Below, piece after piece: positions 19,265-28,616 of a DNA stretch of 64,000 nt. Origin of the DNA: Chthoniobacteraceae bacterium (GTDB lineage: Bacteria > Verrucomicrobiota > Verrucomicrobiia > Chthoniobacterales > Chthoniobacteraceae). A model generated the notes under the pieces. It ran no database searches, was not told the DNA's origin, and worked only from the letters and a program-made list of their open reading frames with translations. The translations under genes were made by a program, and so were the position numbers. Position 1 is the stretch's first letter. Each line of letters opens with the position of its first letter. The stretch lies in assembly GCA_031409335.1 (NCBI GenBank), contig JANNWY010000071.1, positions 1 through 64,000 on the forward strand. The letters are read 5' to 3'.

Positions 19265-19996
19265 ATGGCCTTCCACTCCCGCCGCCTCGTCATCCTCGCC
19301 CTGCTCGTCATCTCGATCGGCCTGCTCATCCCCGGACTCTTCCAGCCCGTCATCACCATCCGCGGGGTGCTGAAGCCTGAAGGCGTTTCTTTCATCGCCC
19401 CGCAGATGCTGGAGAAGGGCCTCGGCGAGGACACGGTCGCGGCGCTGAAGGGGCTGATGAATCCCGCGATGGTCACGCTCCTCGAAGCCACTGGCGGCGA
19501 TTTGAAAAAGATGATGATCGAGAGGCTCTCGCCGCAGATCGTCGCCTCACTGCAAAAGAACGTCGAGGACATCCAAGTCTATGAGCAGACCCGCAGCATC
19601 GTCAGCACCGTGCAGCATCTCTACGAAGTGAAAAGCCCGATGCCCGCCACGCTCATCCTGCTCTTCAGCGTCGTCGTTCCGTTTGCAAAAGGCGCGATGA
19701 TCCTCTGGGCGCTGTTCCAGCGCGAAGCGGAGCGCCGCCGCAGCACGCTCGATTTTGTGGAACTCATCGGCAAATGGTCGATGGCCGATGTCTTCGTTGT
19801 CGCGCTCTTCATCGCCTACCTCGCCGCGCAAGCCAGCCAGACCCCGCCCGGCGATCCGAACTACCCGCCACCGATGGTCGCCTTCACCGCGGACTTCGGC
19901 TCCGGCTTCTACTGGTTCACCGCCTACTGCATTTTTTCCGTCGCCGCGCAGCAATTCACGACCCGGTGGTTTGCGCGCGGGGCGGTGGAAAAATAG
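19265..19996 (+). CDS. pqiA: Paraquat-inducible protein A family membrane protein
   Basis: LILLFSVVVPFAK and IGKWSMADVFVVA motifs. Confidence 0.8.
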   Translation: MAFHSRRLVILALLVISIGLLIPGLFQPVITIRGVLKPEGVSFIAPQMLEKGLGEDTVAALKGLMNPAMVTLLEATGGDLKKMMIERLSPQIVASLQKNVEDIQVYEQTRSIVSTVQHLYEVKSPMPATLILLFSVVVPFAKGAMILWALFQREAERRRSTLDFVELIGKWSMADVFVVALFIAYLAAQASQTPPGDPNYPPPMVAFTADFGSGFYWFTAYCIFSVAAQQFTTRWFARGAVEK

Positions 19997-20111
19997 CGGC
20001 GAAGTTTCGCGAACTTCACCTTCCACTTTTTCTCCCGCACCTGCTACAGACTTTCCTTCAGCCTCGCTAAAACGGCGGGGCCGCAGAAAACATCCAAACT
20101 CGTAACTCACT

Positions 20112-20201
20112 ATGGCCAAAGGCAACAACGCTCACAAAAAAGAAGTCAAAAAACCGAAGAAGGAAAAACCTAAAATTGTAGCCACGCGCCGCAGTTCCTA
20201 G
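20112..20201 (+). CDS. Small basic protein, 29 aa (MAKGNNAHKKEVKKPKKEKPKIVATRRSS)
   Basis: Hand-translated ATG..TAG in the intergenic gap; below the ORF-track size cutoff. Confidence 0.6.
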   Translation: MAKGNNAHKKEVKKPKKEKPKIVATRRSS

Positions 20202-20292
20202 GCGGTCTTCTTTTCATCCAAACATCGCCCGTGCGATGAATCATCCGCCGCGGCAAATGTAGCCGCGGCGGATTCCCTTCTCGTTTCCTCCC

Positions 20293-21888
20293 ATGAATCG
20301 ACCCCGCCTCAGTCTCCTTCAGATTTTCAACATGAGCTTCGGCTTCCTGGGCATTCAGTTCGGGTTTGGCCTCCAACTCGCGAATATGAGCGCGATCTAC
20401 GCAAAGCTAGGCGCGGAGCCTTCAAAAATCCCGCTGCTCTGGCTCGCCGGCCCGATGACGGGGCTGCTCGTGCAGCCGATCATCGGCAGCATGAGCGATC
20501 GCACCTGGAACTGGCTCGGGCGGCGGCGTCCGTATTTCACCGTGGGCGCGATCCTTTCCAGCATCGCGCTTTTTTTCATGCCGGATGCGCCCGCGCTCTG
20601 GGTGGCGGCGTCGATGCTCTGGGTGCTGGATGCGAGCATCAATGTCTCGATGGAACCCTTCCGCGCTTTCGTCGCCGACAAGCTGCCGCCCGAGCAGCGC
20701 ACGACGGGATTCGTGATGCAGAGCTTTTTCATCGGCATCGGCGCGGCGGTGGCGAATGCCCTGCCGTCCATCTTCGCGCACTACGGCGTCACGGGGAATG
20801 CGGCGAACGGCGTGCCACTCACGGTCGTGTATTCCTTCAAGCTTGGTGCCGCGGCGTTCCTGCTCGCGGTGCTCTACACCGTTTTCACGAGCAAGGAGTA
20901 TCCGCCGGAAAACCTGGCGGAATTCCAGCGGCAAAAGAGCACGCACAAAACGTTTCATTTTCACCCCATGTTCCTGCTCGTCGGCGCAATCGCGGGCGCG
21001 CTGCTCGGAGCGTCGCGGGGCGCGCTGGTGGAGCATCATCTCACCATCTGGCACGTGCTCATCGGCGGCGGCATCGGCGCGGCGATCGGGCTCGTGCTCA
21101 GCGGGCCGGAGGTCTCCGCCGCCGTCCGCGAAATGCCGCGCACGATGAAGCAGCTCGCGGTCGTCCAGTTCTTCACCTGGCTCGGACTTTTTTGCATGTG
21201 GATGTTCTTCGGCCTCGCCACGGCGCAGCAGATTTTCGGAGCGACCGATCCGAAGTCGGCCATCTTCGATGAAGGCACGGCCTTCGGCGGGCAGACGTTC
21301 GCGTGGTATTCCATCGTGTGCCTCTTCGCCGCCCTGGCGATGCAGCGTTTAGCCTGGCAGGTATTGTGGCCAGCTACCTTGGCCTGCTGGTTTGTCGTGG
21401 CTTCGGTTGCTTACTATTTCTTCAATGTGCCGCCGCAAATAGGCTTGGTGTTAAAGTCGCTTGCTTCTTGTTTTTGCCTGGTTGGGGTTATCCGTATTGC
21501 GATTGGCACGCTATCGCGGAAGTGGTTTCACACGCTTGCCTTGCTGTCAGCGGCTGTTGCTTTGGGTGCCACCGGCTTCATTAAAGGAATGGAGTCGAAA
21601 CTGGCTTGGCAATGCACGATGATCGGGGTCGGCATCGCGTGGGCGTCCATTCTTTCCATGCCCTACGCGATTCTCAGCGGCTCGCTCCCCGCAAAGCGCA
21701 TGGGCGTTTACATGGGCATCTTCAATTTCTTCATCGTGATCCCCGAAATCCTCGCGAGCCTCGCGCTGGAGCCGATCGTGAAGGACGCGTTCGGGAATGA
21801 TCCGGTGAAGGTCGTGATGATGGGCGGCGCGTCGCTGCTGATCGCGGCGGTGGCGACGCAGTTTGTGAAAGACGAGTCGCCGGTGTGA
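20293..21888 (+). CDS. MFS sugar transporter (maltose/sucrose, SLC45-like)
   Basis: [59 protein letters not shown]; adjacent to a GH13 gene. Confidence 0.9.
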   Translation: MNRPRLSLLQIFNMSFGFLGIQFGFGLQLANMSAIYAKLGAEPSKIPLLWLAGPMTGLLVQPIIGSMSDRTWNWLGRRRPYFTVGAILSSIALFFMPDAPALWVAASMLWVLDASINVSMEPFRAFVADKLPPEQRTTGFVMQSFFIGIGAAVANALPSIFAHYGVTGNAANGVPLTVVYSFKLGAAAFLLAVLYTVFTSKEYPPENLAEFQRQKSTHKTFHFHPMFLLVGAIAGALLGASRGALVEHHLTIWHVLIGGGIGAAIGLVLSGPEVSAAVREMPRTMKQLAVVQFFTWLGLFCMWMFFGLATAQQIFGATDPKSAIFDEGTAFGGQTFAWYSIVCLFAALAMQRLAWQVLWPATLACWFVVASVAYYFFNVPPQIGLVLKSLASCFCLVGVIRIAIGTLSRKWFHTLALLSAAVALGATGFIKGMESKLAWQCTMIGVGIAWASILSMPYAILSGSLPAKRMGVYMGIFNFFIVIPEILASLALEPIVKDAFGNDPVKVVMMGGASLLIAAVATQFVKDESPV

Positions 21889-21936
21889 AGGCGCGATTTT
21901 TTGGGGGCGTGTTCCGATTCGTTGCGTGCCTGCGGC

Positions 21937-22034
21937 GCTCAACGTTCAACGTCCAACTTTCAACGTCCAACGTTCAAAGGTCTGTGGCCCGCGTTGGAAG
22001 TTGGACGTTGAAAGTTGAACGTTGGAAGTTGAGC
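21937..22034. repeat. Inverted heptamer tandem arrays
   Basis: CAACGTT CAACGTC CAACTTT CAACGTC CAACGTT (21940-21974), a spacer, then TTGGAAG TTGGACG TTGAAAG TTGAACG TTGGAAG TTGAGC (21994-22034). Confidence 0.9.
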
Positions 22035-22061
22035 CGCCCGCAGGGCCGCCTCGCCATCGCG

Positions 22062-23858
22062 GTGCGCATCCTAATTCTCAGCACCTTCCTCATCCCCGCC
22101 ACCAACGCCGAGCGCCCGGTCATCTACCAGCTCTTCGTCCGCCATTTCGGCAACACGAACGAAACCCGCAAACCGAACGGCACCCTCGCGGAAAACGGCG
22201 TCGGAAAATTCGCCGACATCAACGATGCCGCGCTCAAATCCCTGCGCGAACTCGGCATCACGCACGTCTGGCTCACCGGCATTGTGCAGCAGGCCACGCG
22301 CACCGATTACACCGCGATCGGCCAGCCCGCCGACGATCCTGATATTTGCAAAGGCCGGGCCGGGAGTCCTTATGCCATCAAGGATTGCTTCGATGTGTGC
22401 CCCGATTACGCAAACGACCCAGCGCGGCGGATGGACGAATTCAAGGCGCTCGTGCAGCGGTGTCACGCGCATGGTTTGAAAGTGCTCATCGACTTCGTGC
22501 CGAACCACGTCTCGCGAGCCTACGCGAGCGACGTTCGCCCCGATCTCAGCTTCGGCGCGCAAGACGACCGGACAAAATTCTTCGCGCCCGACAACAGTTT
22601 TTTCTACCTGCAATCCGGCACTCCGCCGCTGCGCCTCCCAACGACCGGCCAGCCGGATTGCGACGGCCTCTTCGACGGCGAGCGCACGTTCGGTCGCGTG
22701 ACCGGAAACAACGCCGCGACGTGGACGCCGAAATCCAGCGATTGGTACGAGACGGTGAAACTCAACTACGGCTGGAACTATCTCGATGGCCACCCGCCAC
22801 GCTTCGGTCCTGGAGTTGAGGGGCCACCGCGCACTTGGATATTTATGGATGCGGTTCTTGCGCACTGGCAGGCGCTCGGCGTCGATGGCTTCCGCTGCGA
22901 CATGGCGCACATGATTCCGATGGGATTCTGGAACTACGCAATCGAACTCGCACGCATCCGGCGACCGGGCACCATTTTCATCGCCGAAGCCTACGACAAC
23001 GATCCCGCAAAGCTCACCGACGGAAACGTGCTCGATAGGCTGCTAGAACTTGGCTTCGACGCGGTGTACGACGATCCGAGTTACGACCTGCTAAAAGAAA
23101 TTTACGACGGCCCAAAGTGGGCGGGCGACCTCGACGCGCTCATCACAAACAGCCCGCGCTTTCACCGCTCCCTGCGCTACGCGGAAAATCACGACGAAGT
23201 CCGCCTCGCCAATCCCAAGCAATGGCGCGGCGCAGGCATGCACGTCGGACGCCCCGTGAGCGCGATCCTCTTCGCGCTCGGGCGCGGCCCGATCATGCTC
23301 TACAACGGCCAGGAAGTCGGCGAGCCCGCGCTCGGTGCGGAAGGCTACGGCGGCGACGACGCGCGCACGACGATCTTCGATTACTGGTCGCTGCCGGAGT
23401 TGGTGAAATGGAACAATGGCCATCGTTTTGACGGCGCGGGTTTGAGCCTGGAACAGAAAGCATTGCGGCAATTCTACGCGAACCTCCTGCGCGCCGTGCG
23501 CGATCCCGTTTTCCAAACCGGCGAAACCATCCCGCTCACCAAGCTCAACGAAAAGAACGCGCGCTTCGGTCGCCTCGCCGGCGAAACGGCGAGCGGTCAC
23601 TGGCTCTGCGCTTTCCTCCGCGCCAGCGAGGACAAAAAATCCGCCGCGCTGATTGTCGCGAATCTGCATCCCAGCGAGGCGATGAACGACGTTCGTGTGA
23701 ATCTGCCCGTCGGCTTCGCGACCGACGGTGCGCGCCTCGTCGAAATTCCGCTCGGGTTTCCTGCTGCGGATTCGCTTGCCGTTGAAGCCGGCGTTGTCGG
23801 CCCGCTCGCGCTCCCACCGTTGAGCGCGCGCCTCCTGCGAATTTCGGCGAAGCCGTAA
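22062..23858 (+). CDS. Alpha-amylase family glycoside hydrolase (GH13)
   Basis: IDFVPNH, GVDGFRCDMAH, IAEAY, YAENHDE, YNGQEVG. Start GTG 22062 is preferred over 21885, which reads through the repeat. Confidence 0.9.
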   Translation: MRILILSTFLIPATNAERPVIYQLFVRHFGNTNETRKPNGTLAENGVGKFADINDAALKSLRELGITHVWLTGIVQQATRTDYTAIGQPADDPDICKGRAGSPYAIKDCFDVCPDYANDPARRMDEFKALVQRCHAHGLKVLIDFVPNHVSRAYASDVRPDLSFGAQDDRTKFFAPDNSFFYLQSGTPPLRLPTTGQPDCDGLFDGERTFGRVTGNNAATWTPKSSDWYETVKLNYGWNYLDGHPPRFGPGVEGPPRTWIFMDAVLAHWQALGVDGFRCDMAHMIPMGFWNYAIELARIRRPGTIFIAEAYDNDPAKLTDGNVLDRLLELGFDAVYDDPSYDLLKEIYDGPKWAGDLDALITNSPRFHRSLRYAENHDEVRLANPKQWRGAGMHVGRPVSAILFALGRGPIMLYNGQEVGEPALGAEGYGGDDARTTIFDYWSLPELVKWNNGHRFDGAGLSLEQKALRQFYANLLRAVRDPVFQTGETIPLTKLNEKNARFGRLAGETASGHWLCAFLRASEDKKSAALIVANLHPSEAMNDVRVNLPVGFATDGARLVEIPLGFPAADSLAVEAGVVGPLALPPLSARLLRISAKP

Positions 23859-23879
23859 AGGTGGACGTCGCGCGCGGAG

Positions 23880-24047
23880 TTCCGGGGAGCGAGCGCGTCT
23901 CGCGTGCTGGCGAAGGCGTCCCGCCTTCGCGGACTTCCCTGCCGCGTCGGTAATGATTTCGTGAACGAACTCCGTGGCGACGCGGCAGGGAAGTTCGTTT
24001 CGGCGGGACGCCGAAACCAGCACCCGAGACGGGCGCGCTCCCCGGAA
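23880..24047. repeat. REPIN-like palindrome (second REP family, GGGAGCG..GTGCTGG)
   Basis: 70-bp inverted arms at 23880-23949 and 23978-24047, each with two internal hairpins. Confidence 0.85.
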
Positions 24048-24118
24048 ACCCGCCACCCGTTTCCAAAAAAATCCGCCATTGCCTCTCCCGCGCCTCCGGC
24101 GAAAATGGCGTCACCGCT

Positions 24119-25639
24119 ATGAACCTCCCCGCCTTTCTCCGCATCGCCGTGCTCGCCGCGATGCAATGTGCGGCCTTCGCCGCCGTCACGCCGCAAGTCG
24201 CGGAACTCAGCTTCGACAAGCGTTTTGAAAAAGCCGGCGCGATTCCCGATACGGAAGTTCCCGCGTGGATCGCGGGCATCGAGCAGCACGGTGGCGCGTT
24301 CCTCGATGAGCCGAAATGCTGGCACGTCGCCGCGACCGGAAAGGAAGGCGCGGGCCGGCTCGCGATCGGCCTCGACCGCAAGCTGATCAAGGAGAACCTC
24401 GTCGCGACCGTCCTCTTCGACGCGGACGACTCCGCCGACATCGCCATCCAGCTTTTCGACGCGCAGGGCCGCGCGGTCGTGCTCGATCTTTTCGGCAATC
24501 TCGTGGATGTCGGCAGGGACGCGACGACGAACACTTTCGTCATCCCGCTCGTAAAATATCCGAGCGCCGAAAAGATCGTGATCCGGCGGATTCGCGGGGA
24601 CGTGAAAGTGTATGGCATCGTGCTTTATCCCGTCGTCATCGAAGGCGCGCCGGTGAAGGAGGCGCTGACGGAACTCGCGCGCGTGCTCGGCGATCCGCTC
24701 AGTCCCGAAAACCCGCTGCTCAAGGGACTCCGACAAATCGCGAAAAGCGGCAGCGTGGCGATCGATCCCGCGCATCCACCGAAGCCGAAAGCCGGACTCG
24801 AAAAAGCCACGGGCGCAAAGCCGCGCGGGAAGTATGCGGCGGCGGTCGCGCCTGCGGCCGGCATGAAAATTTCGCCACCACCAACGGAAGGATTGATGGG
24901 TTGGTGGAATTTCGCGGGTGGCACCGCGGCGGATACCAGCGGGCGGAAACACGACGGAGTCATCCGCGGCGGCGCGCAATTTGTGGACGGGCTCCACGGC
25001 AAGGCGCTCAAGCTGCGCAAAAATCCGTCCGCCGCGCGCGCCGTGTCGTGGGATTCGGTGACGCTGCCGCCGAATCCCGATCTCGCCTTGACAGACTCGC
25101 TCACCGTTTCCGCGTGGATCAAGTATTCCAGCATCGCGCGCAACTGGGGCTCGCAGATTGTGTGGTTCGGCGATTCGCAATTCGGACGCGATCCGTATGT
25201 GCTGCATCTCTGGAAAGATGGGACACTCGAACTTCGCTCCGATCGCTCCGTCACTGGCCGTCCGGTCTTCACCGTCTTCGAGGATGAAATCCACCTTTCA
25301 CCAAAAGGTGTACCGATGATGAACCAGCACGTCGGCGTGTGGTCGCCGGATACGCTCGCGCCGGAGACGTGGTATTTCGTGGCCGGCACGATCGAGAAAA
25401 TCGCGCCGCGCAAAACCGTCCTGCGGCTTTTCGTGAACGGTGACAGCGTCGGCGAGGTGAGGACGCCGGAAGTCGTGAACTATCCGACCGACAAAATGTG
25501 GATGACGATCGGCGCGGTGGACCTCGGGACGTGGCAGAACTTCGATGGCCTCATCGCAGACGTGCGCGTTTACAATCGCCCGCTTTCCGCAGCGGAAATC
25601 AAGACGCTCTACCAGCAGCCGTGGCAGTCGGGGAAGTGA
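24119..25639 (+). CDS. Secreted protein with a C-terminal LamG-like jellyroll domain
   Basis: Signal peptide; GLMGWWNF, LTVSAWIK, WYFVAGT, FDGLIADVRVYNRPLSAAEI. Confidence 0.8.
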   Translation: MNLPAFLRIAVLAAMQCAAFAAVTPQVAELSFDKRFEKAGAIPDTEVPAWIAGIEQHGGAFLDEPKCWHVAATGKEGAGRLAIGLDRKLIKENLVATVLFDADDSADIAIQLFDAQGRAVVLDLFGNLVDVGRDATTNTFVIPLVKYPSAEKIVIRRIRGDVKVYGIVLYPVVIEGAPVKEALTELARVLGDPLSPENPLLKGLRQIAKSGSVAIDPAHPPKPKAGLEKATGAKPRGKYAAAVAPAAGMKISPPPTEGLMGWWNFAGGTAADTSGRKHDGVIRGGAQFVDGLHGKALKLRKNPSAARAVSWDSVTLPPNPDLALTDSLTVSAWIKYSSIARNWGSQIVWFGDSQFGRDPYVLHLWKDGTLELRSDRSVTGRPVFTVFEDEIHLSPKGVPMMNQHVGVWSPDTLAPETWYFVAGTIEKIAPRKTVLRLFVNGDSVGEVRTPEVVNYPTDKMWMTIGAVDLGTWQNFDGLIADVRVYNRPLSAAEIKTLYQQPWQSGK

Positions 25640-25690
25640 CGGCGGCAAGCTCGGCTCGACGGGGACGCGCTGCCGCGCTACGATCTCAGC

Positions 25691-26254
25691 ATGATCGGCA
25701 TCCTCGAATTCCCTGAAGTGCGCCAGCGCGTGTCTCGCTTGTCGGTCGGGGAGTATCACCAACTCGGGGAATTCAACGAGAATGGCAAACGCACCGAATT
25801 GATCCGCGGCATCGTCATCGAAAAAATGTCCAAGTCACCCCGCCACAGTTCGCTGAGCACACGGCTTTACAAACTCATCCTGCTGGCTCTGCCGGATGGC
25901 TACACGGCACGAAAGGAGGAGCCACTGACCTTCGTCGATTCCGAACCGGAGCCGGATATTTCCGTGTTGCGCGGGAGCGATGCCGACTTTGCAGCGGGGC
26001 ATCCGACGAGTGCGGAACTCGTGGTCGAAATTGCCGTGAGCAGTGCCGTGTTGGATCGCGAAATCGCTTCGCTCTATGCCGAGTCGGGCGTGAAGGAATA
26101 CTGGATCGTGCTCGGTGGCGAGCGCCGGGTGGAAGTTTACCGCCTACCAAACAATGGTGCTTACACCGAAAAGTTAATGATTGGCCCTGGCGAGAATCTT
26201 GTGTGCGCCTCCGTCCCGGGCGTTAGCATCGCGCTCGACGAGCTTTTCGCTTAA
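25691..26254 (+). CDS. Uma2 (DUF820) family endonuclease
   Basis: RLSVGEYH, ELIRG, SEPEPD, LVVEIAVSS, YAESGVKEYWIV. Confidence 0.9.
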   Translation: MIGILEFPEVRQRVSRLSVGEYHQLGEFNENGKRTELIRGIVIEKMSKSPRHSSLSTRLYKLILLALPDGYTARKEEPLTFVDSEPEPDISVLRGSDADFAAGHPTSAELVVEIAVSSAVLDREIASLYAESGVKEYWIVLGGERRVEVYRLPNNGAYTEKLMIGPGENLVCASVPGVSIALDELFA

Positions 26255-27801
26255 CGCGCTGCCGTTCCCGTCACCGCGCCCATCGGCACGGGCACAAATT
26301 CCTTCACCACTTTCGCGTCCGCCACGGTCACGAAGCGCACCTTCCCATCCTCGCCCGCGACTGCGACCGCGCTGCCATCGGGGCGGTAGCAGATCGTGTA
26401 GGCGCCGGCGTCGAGCGGGAGAGTGGCGATGAGTTTTGTCTCGCTCACGTAGTGCGCGGCGAGGCGTTTCTTTTCGTCGTCGTTGCGCGCGCCTTCGTCC
26501 TTGCCTTCGATCGCCAGCATGTCGGCGGGCATCTCGGTGTTGAAGTCGTAGTTGTAGAAGTTGAGCGTGCCTTTGCCGTCGAGCGAACCGGCAGCGGCGA
26601 ACTTCGTGCCATCCGGCGAAAAGGCGACGGAGTAGATGCGGCCTTCCATGGCGGGCCATTTGCGGATCATGAGGGCGTTGTCGCCGATGTGGCGCTGGAC
26701 TTTGCGCACGATGCGATACGCCTGCGGTGCGCCGTCCGCGCCGCCGACGAGGAATTCATCGCGCTGCGGATGCCGCGCCACGCACTGCAAACCGCCGCGC
26801 AACGCGCCCGGCGTGATGCTGGAAATGTTGTCGATGAAACGCTGCGTGGCGACTTCGGTGAGCTTCGCGCTCATGTCGCGCCCGACGCTCACGAGCTGAT
26901 CGCCTTTCACCGAGAAGGCGGTGCCGAGCACCCAGTCGCTGTGCGAATTTTGCTGGAGAATTTGCGTGCCGGTCGTGGCGTCGATGGCGCGCAGCATATT
27001 GTCCGGGCAGCCAAAGGAAACCGACTTGCCATCCGGCGACCAACTGATGCCGTACAGCGTGTCGAAGCCAACGGGAGCACTCAGCGCGAGTTTCCGCTTT
27101 TCCACATCCCAGATTTGCACTTCGCCCATTTGCGCGGGCCGTCCGCCGGATGCTGCGAGCCGTTTTCCATCCGGGGAAAACCGCACTGCCTGGATGCGTT
27201 CGCTGAGGCCGATGAGGCGTGCGAGCAATTCGGAGCCATCGCTTTTCCAAAGCAGAATCTCGTGAAACCCCGCGACCGCGACCAGCGATCCATCGGGTGA
27301 AAAATCCAGCGATGTGATGACGGGAGGGCGTTGATAGACCGGCGGATGCGCGGCGTCGTAGCGCTGCTTCGCATTGGGCGGTGTGTCGTCGATCGCACCC
27401 TCGGCAATCCAGCGGCGGATCAAGGCCAGATCGGCATCCGCGAGCGGCGCTTTCTTCGGCGGCATCTCGGCTTTGCCCTGGTCGGGCGTGATTTGTTTCA
27501 CGAGCAACGAGTGGTCCGGGTCTTTGGGAACGATCGCGTGCAAGCCATCTGCCACGCTCTCGCCGCCATCGAGCAGCTTCGCAAAATCCGTCATCACATA
27601 GCCGCCTTTCGCCTTCGCGGGTTGATGGCATCCCTGGCAGTTCGCCTGAAAAAGCGGCCGGATTTTTTTGAAGTAACTCACGGGCGCGTTCGGGTCTTCG
27701 TCGGACTTTGCCGGCGGCGCGGCAGCGATCGCGGCAGCGGAAAGCGCGAGAAGCGCGAGAAGCGCGAGAAGCGCGAGGGGAAAAATGGGGCCGATTTTCA
27801 T
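26251..27801 (-). CDS. Planctomycete-type cytochrome c domain plus WD40 repeat protein
   Basis: VSYFKKIRPLFQANCQGCH (CxxCH), MPPKK, IRRWIAEGA, then FSPDG WD40 repeats. Confidence 0.88.
   Translation of the reverse strand: MKIGPIFPLALLALLALLALSAAAIAAAPPAKSDEDPNAPVSYFKKIRPLFQANCQGCHQPAKAKGGYVMTDFAKLLDGGESVADGLHAIVPKDPDHSLLVKQITPDQGKAEMPPKKAPLADADLALIRRWIAEGAIDDTPPNAKQRYDAAHPPVYQRPPVITSLDFSPDGSLVAVAGFHEILLWKSDGSELLARLIGLSERIQAVRFSPDGKRLAASGGRPAQMGEVQIWDVEKRKLALSAPVGFDTLYGISWSPDGKSVSFGCPDNMLRAIDATTGTQILQQNSHSDWVLGTAFSVKGDQLVSVGRDMSAKLTEVATQRFIDNISSITPGALRGGLQCVARHPQRDEFLVGGADGAPQAYRIVRKVQRHIGDNALMIRKWPAMEGRIYSVAFSPDGTKFAAAGSLDGKGTLNFYNYDFNTEMPADMLAIEGKDEGARNDDEKKRLAAHYVSETKLIATLPLDAGAYTICYRPDGSAVAVAGEDGKVRFVTVADAKVVKEFVPVPMGAVTGTAAR
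27742..27777. repeat. 9-bp tandem repeat AAGCGCGAG x4 in the signal-peptide coding region
   Basis: Four exact copies; encodes (LAL)4 on the minus strand. Confidence 0.9.
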
Positions 27802-28109
27802 GTGGGTGAGTCTATCGGGAAAACGCATTCATTCTTAGTGACCGTGAAACAGGTCGAAAAGCGCGATCCAGGCGTCTCGGCCTGGTCGCTGGGTGAGTGG
27901 GTCGAAAAATGCGAAGGCCGGGCAGGCTAGGTTCAAACTGTTGCTGTTCTCGCTGCTGACCTCGGATTCTTTTCTTCTGCGGAAACAGGATGTCCCGCAG
28001 ATTCAGGGAGGTCGCATATGTTTTTTTGAAATGAAGCACTAACCAGTGACATGAACTCTCCTTCCTCAATCCGTGGACGCTCTGAATCTGCGGCAACCCA
28101 GCTTCTTCA

Positions 28110-28616
28110 ATGACCACCACGCTCAGTTCGTTCGGCGCTGCGTGCGGGCCGGACGGCGCTATCTGGGTCACTGATTACTATCGGGAAATCATCGAGGACT
28201 ATTCTGCCATCCCGCGCCACTTGCGGCAGCAATACGGCGTCTATGGCGGTCACGACCGTGGGCGCATCCACCGCCTCACCCACCGCGGCATCGCGCTCAC
28301 TGGCCCGCGTGATGCGAAACGCGGCCACGAAGTTTTCACGCAGTCCTGCGCCGTCTGCCACCAAGTCGGCAAGGAAGGCCACGTCTTCGGCCCCGACCTG
28401 CTCGGCGAACTCGGCGTCGCCAAGGAAACGCTCGTGCGCCATCTCCTGCTGCCCAACAAACGCATCCGCCCCGGCTACGAAACCACGCTCGTCGAACTCC
28501 ACGACGGCATCCTCGGCCGCTCCGACTTCAGCGACGAACACGGCGCATACTCGTATCCTGCCAAGGCGGGCCATGTGCTCGTCGGGAAACTTTGGGGCGC
28601 GGCAGAAAAGCAATGA
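28110..28616 (+). pseudogene. Collapsed remnant of a PVC-type heme-binding (CxxCH) dehydrogenase-like protein
   Basis: GPDGAIWVTDYYREIIE..HDRGRIHRL joined directly to RGHEVFTQSCAVCHQ..GPDL..PNKRIRPGY. Family members are normally much longer. Confidence 0.6.

Noticed and set aside
19150..19380. Lys-rich ORF MAQRKRAKKKKKK
   Set aside because: Derived from a purine tract and overlaps pqiA out of frame.
25691..26254. Uma2 gene as part of a defence system
   Set aside because: Solitary, with no methylase or other defence genes nearby; such genes are commonly scattered.
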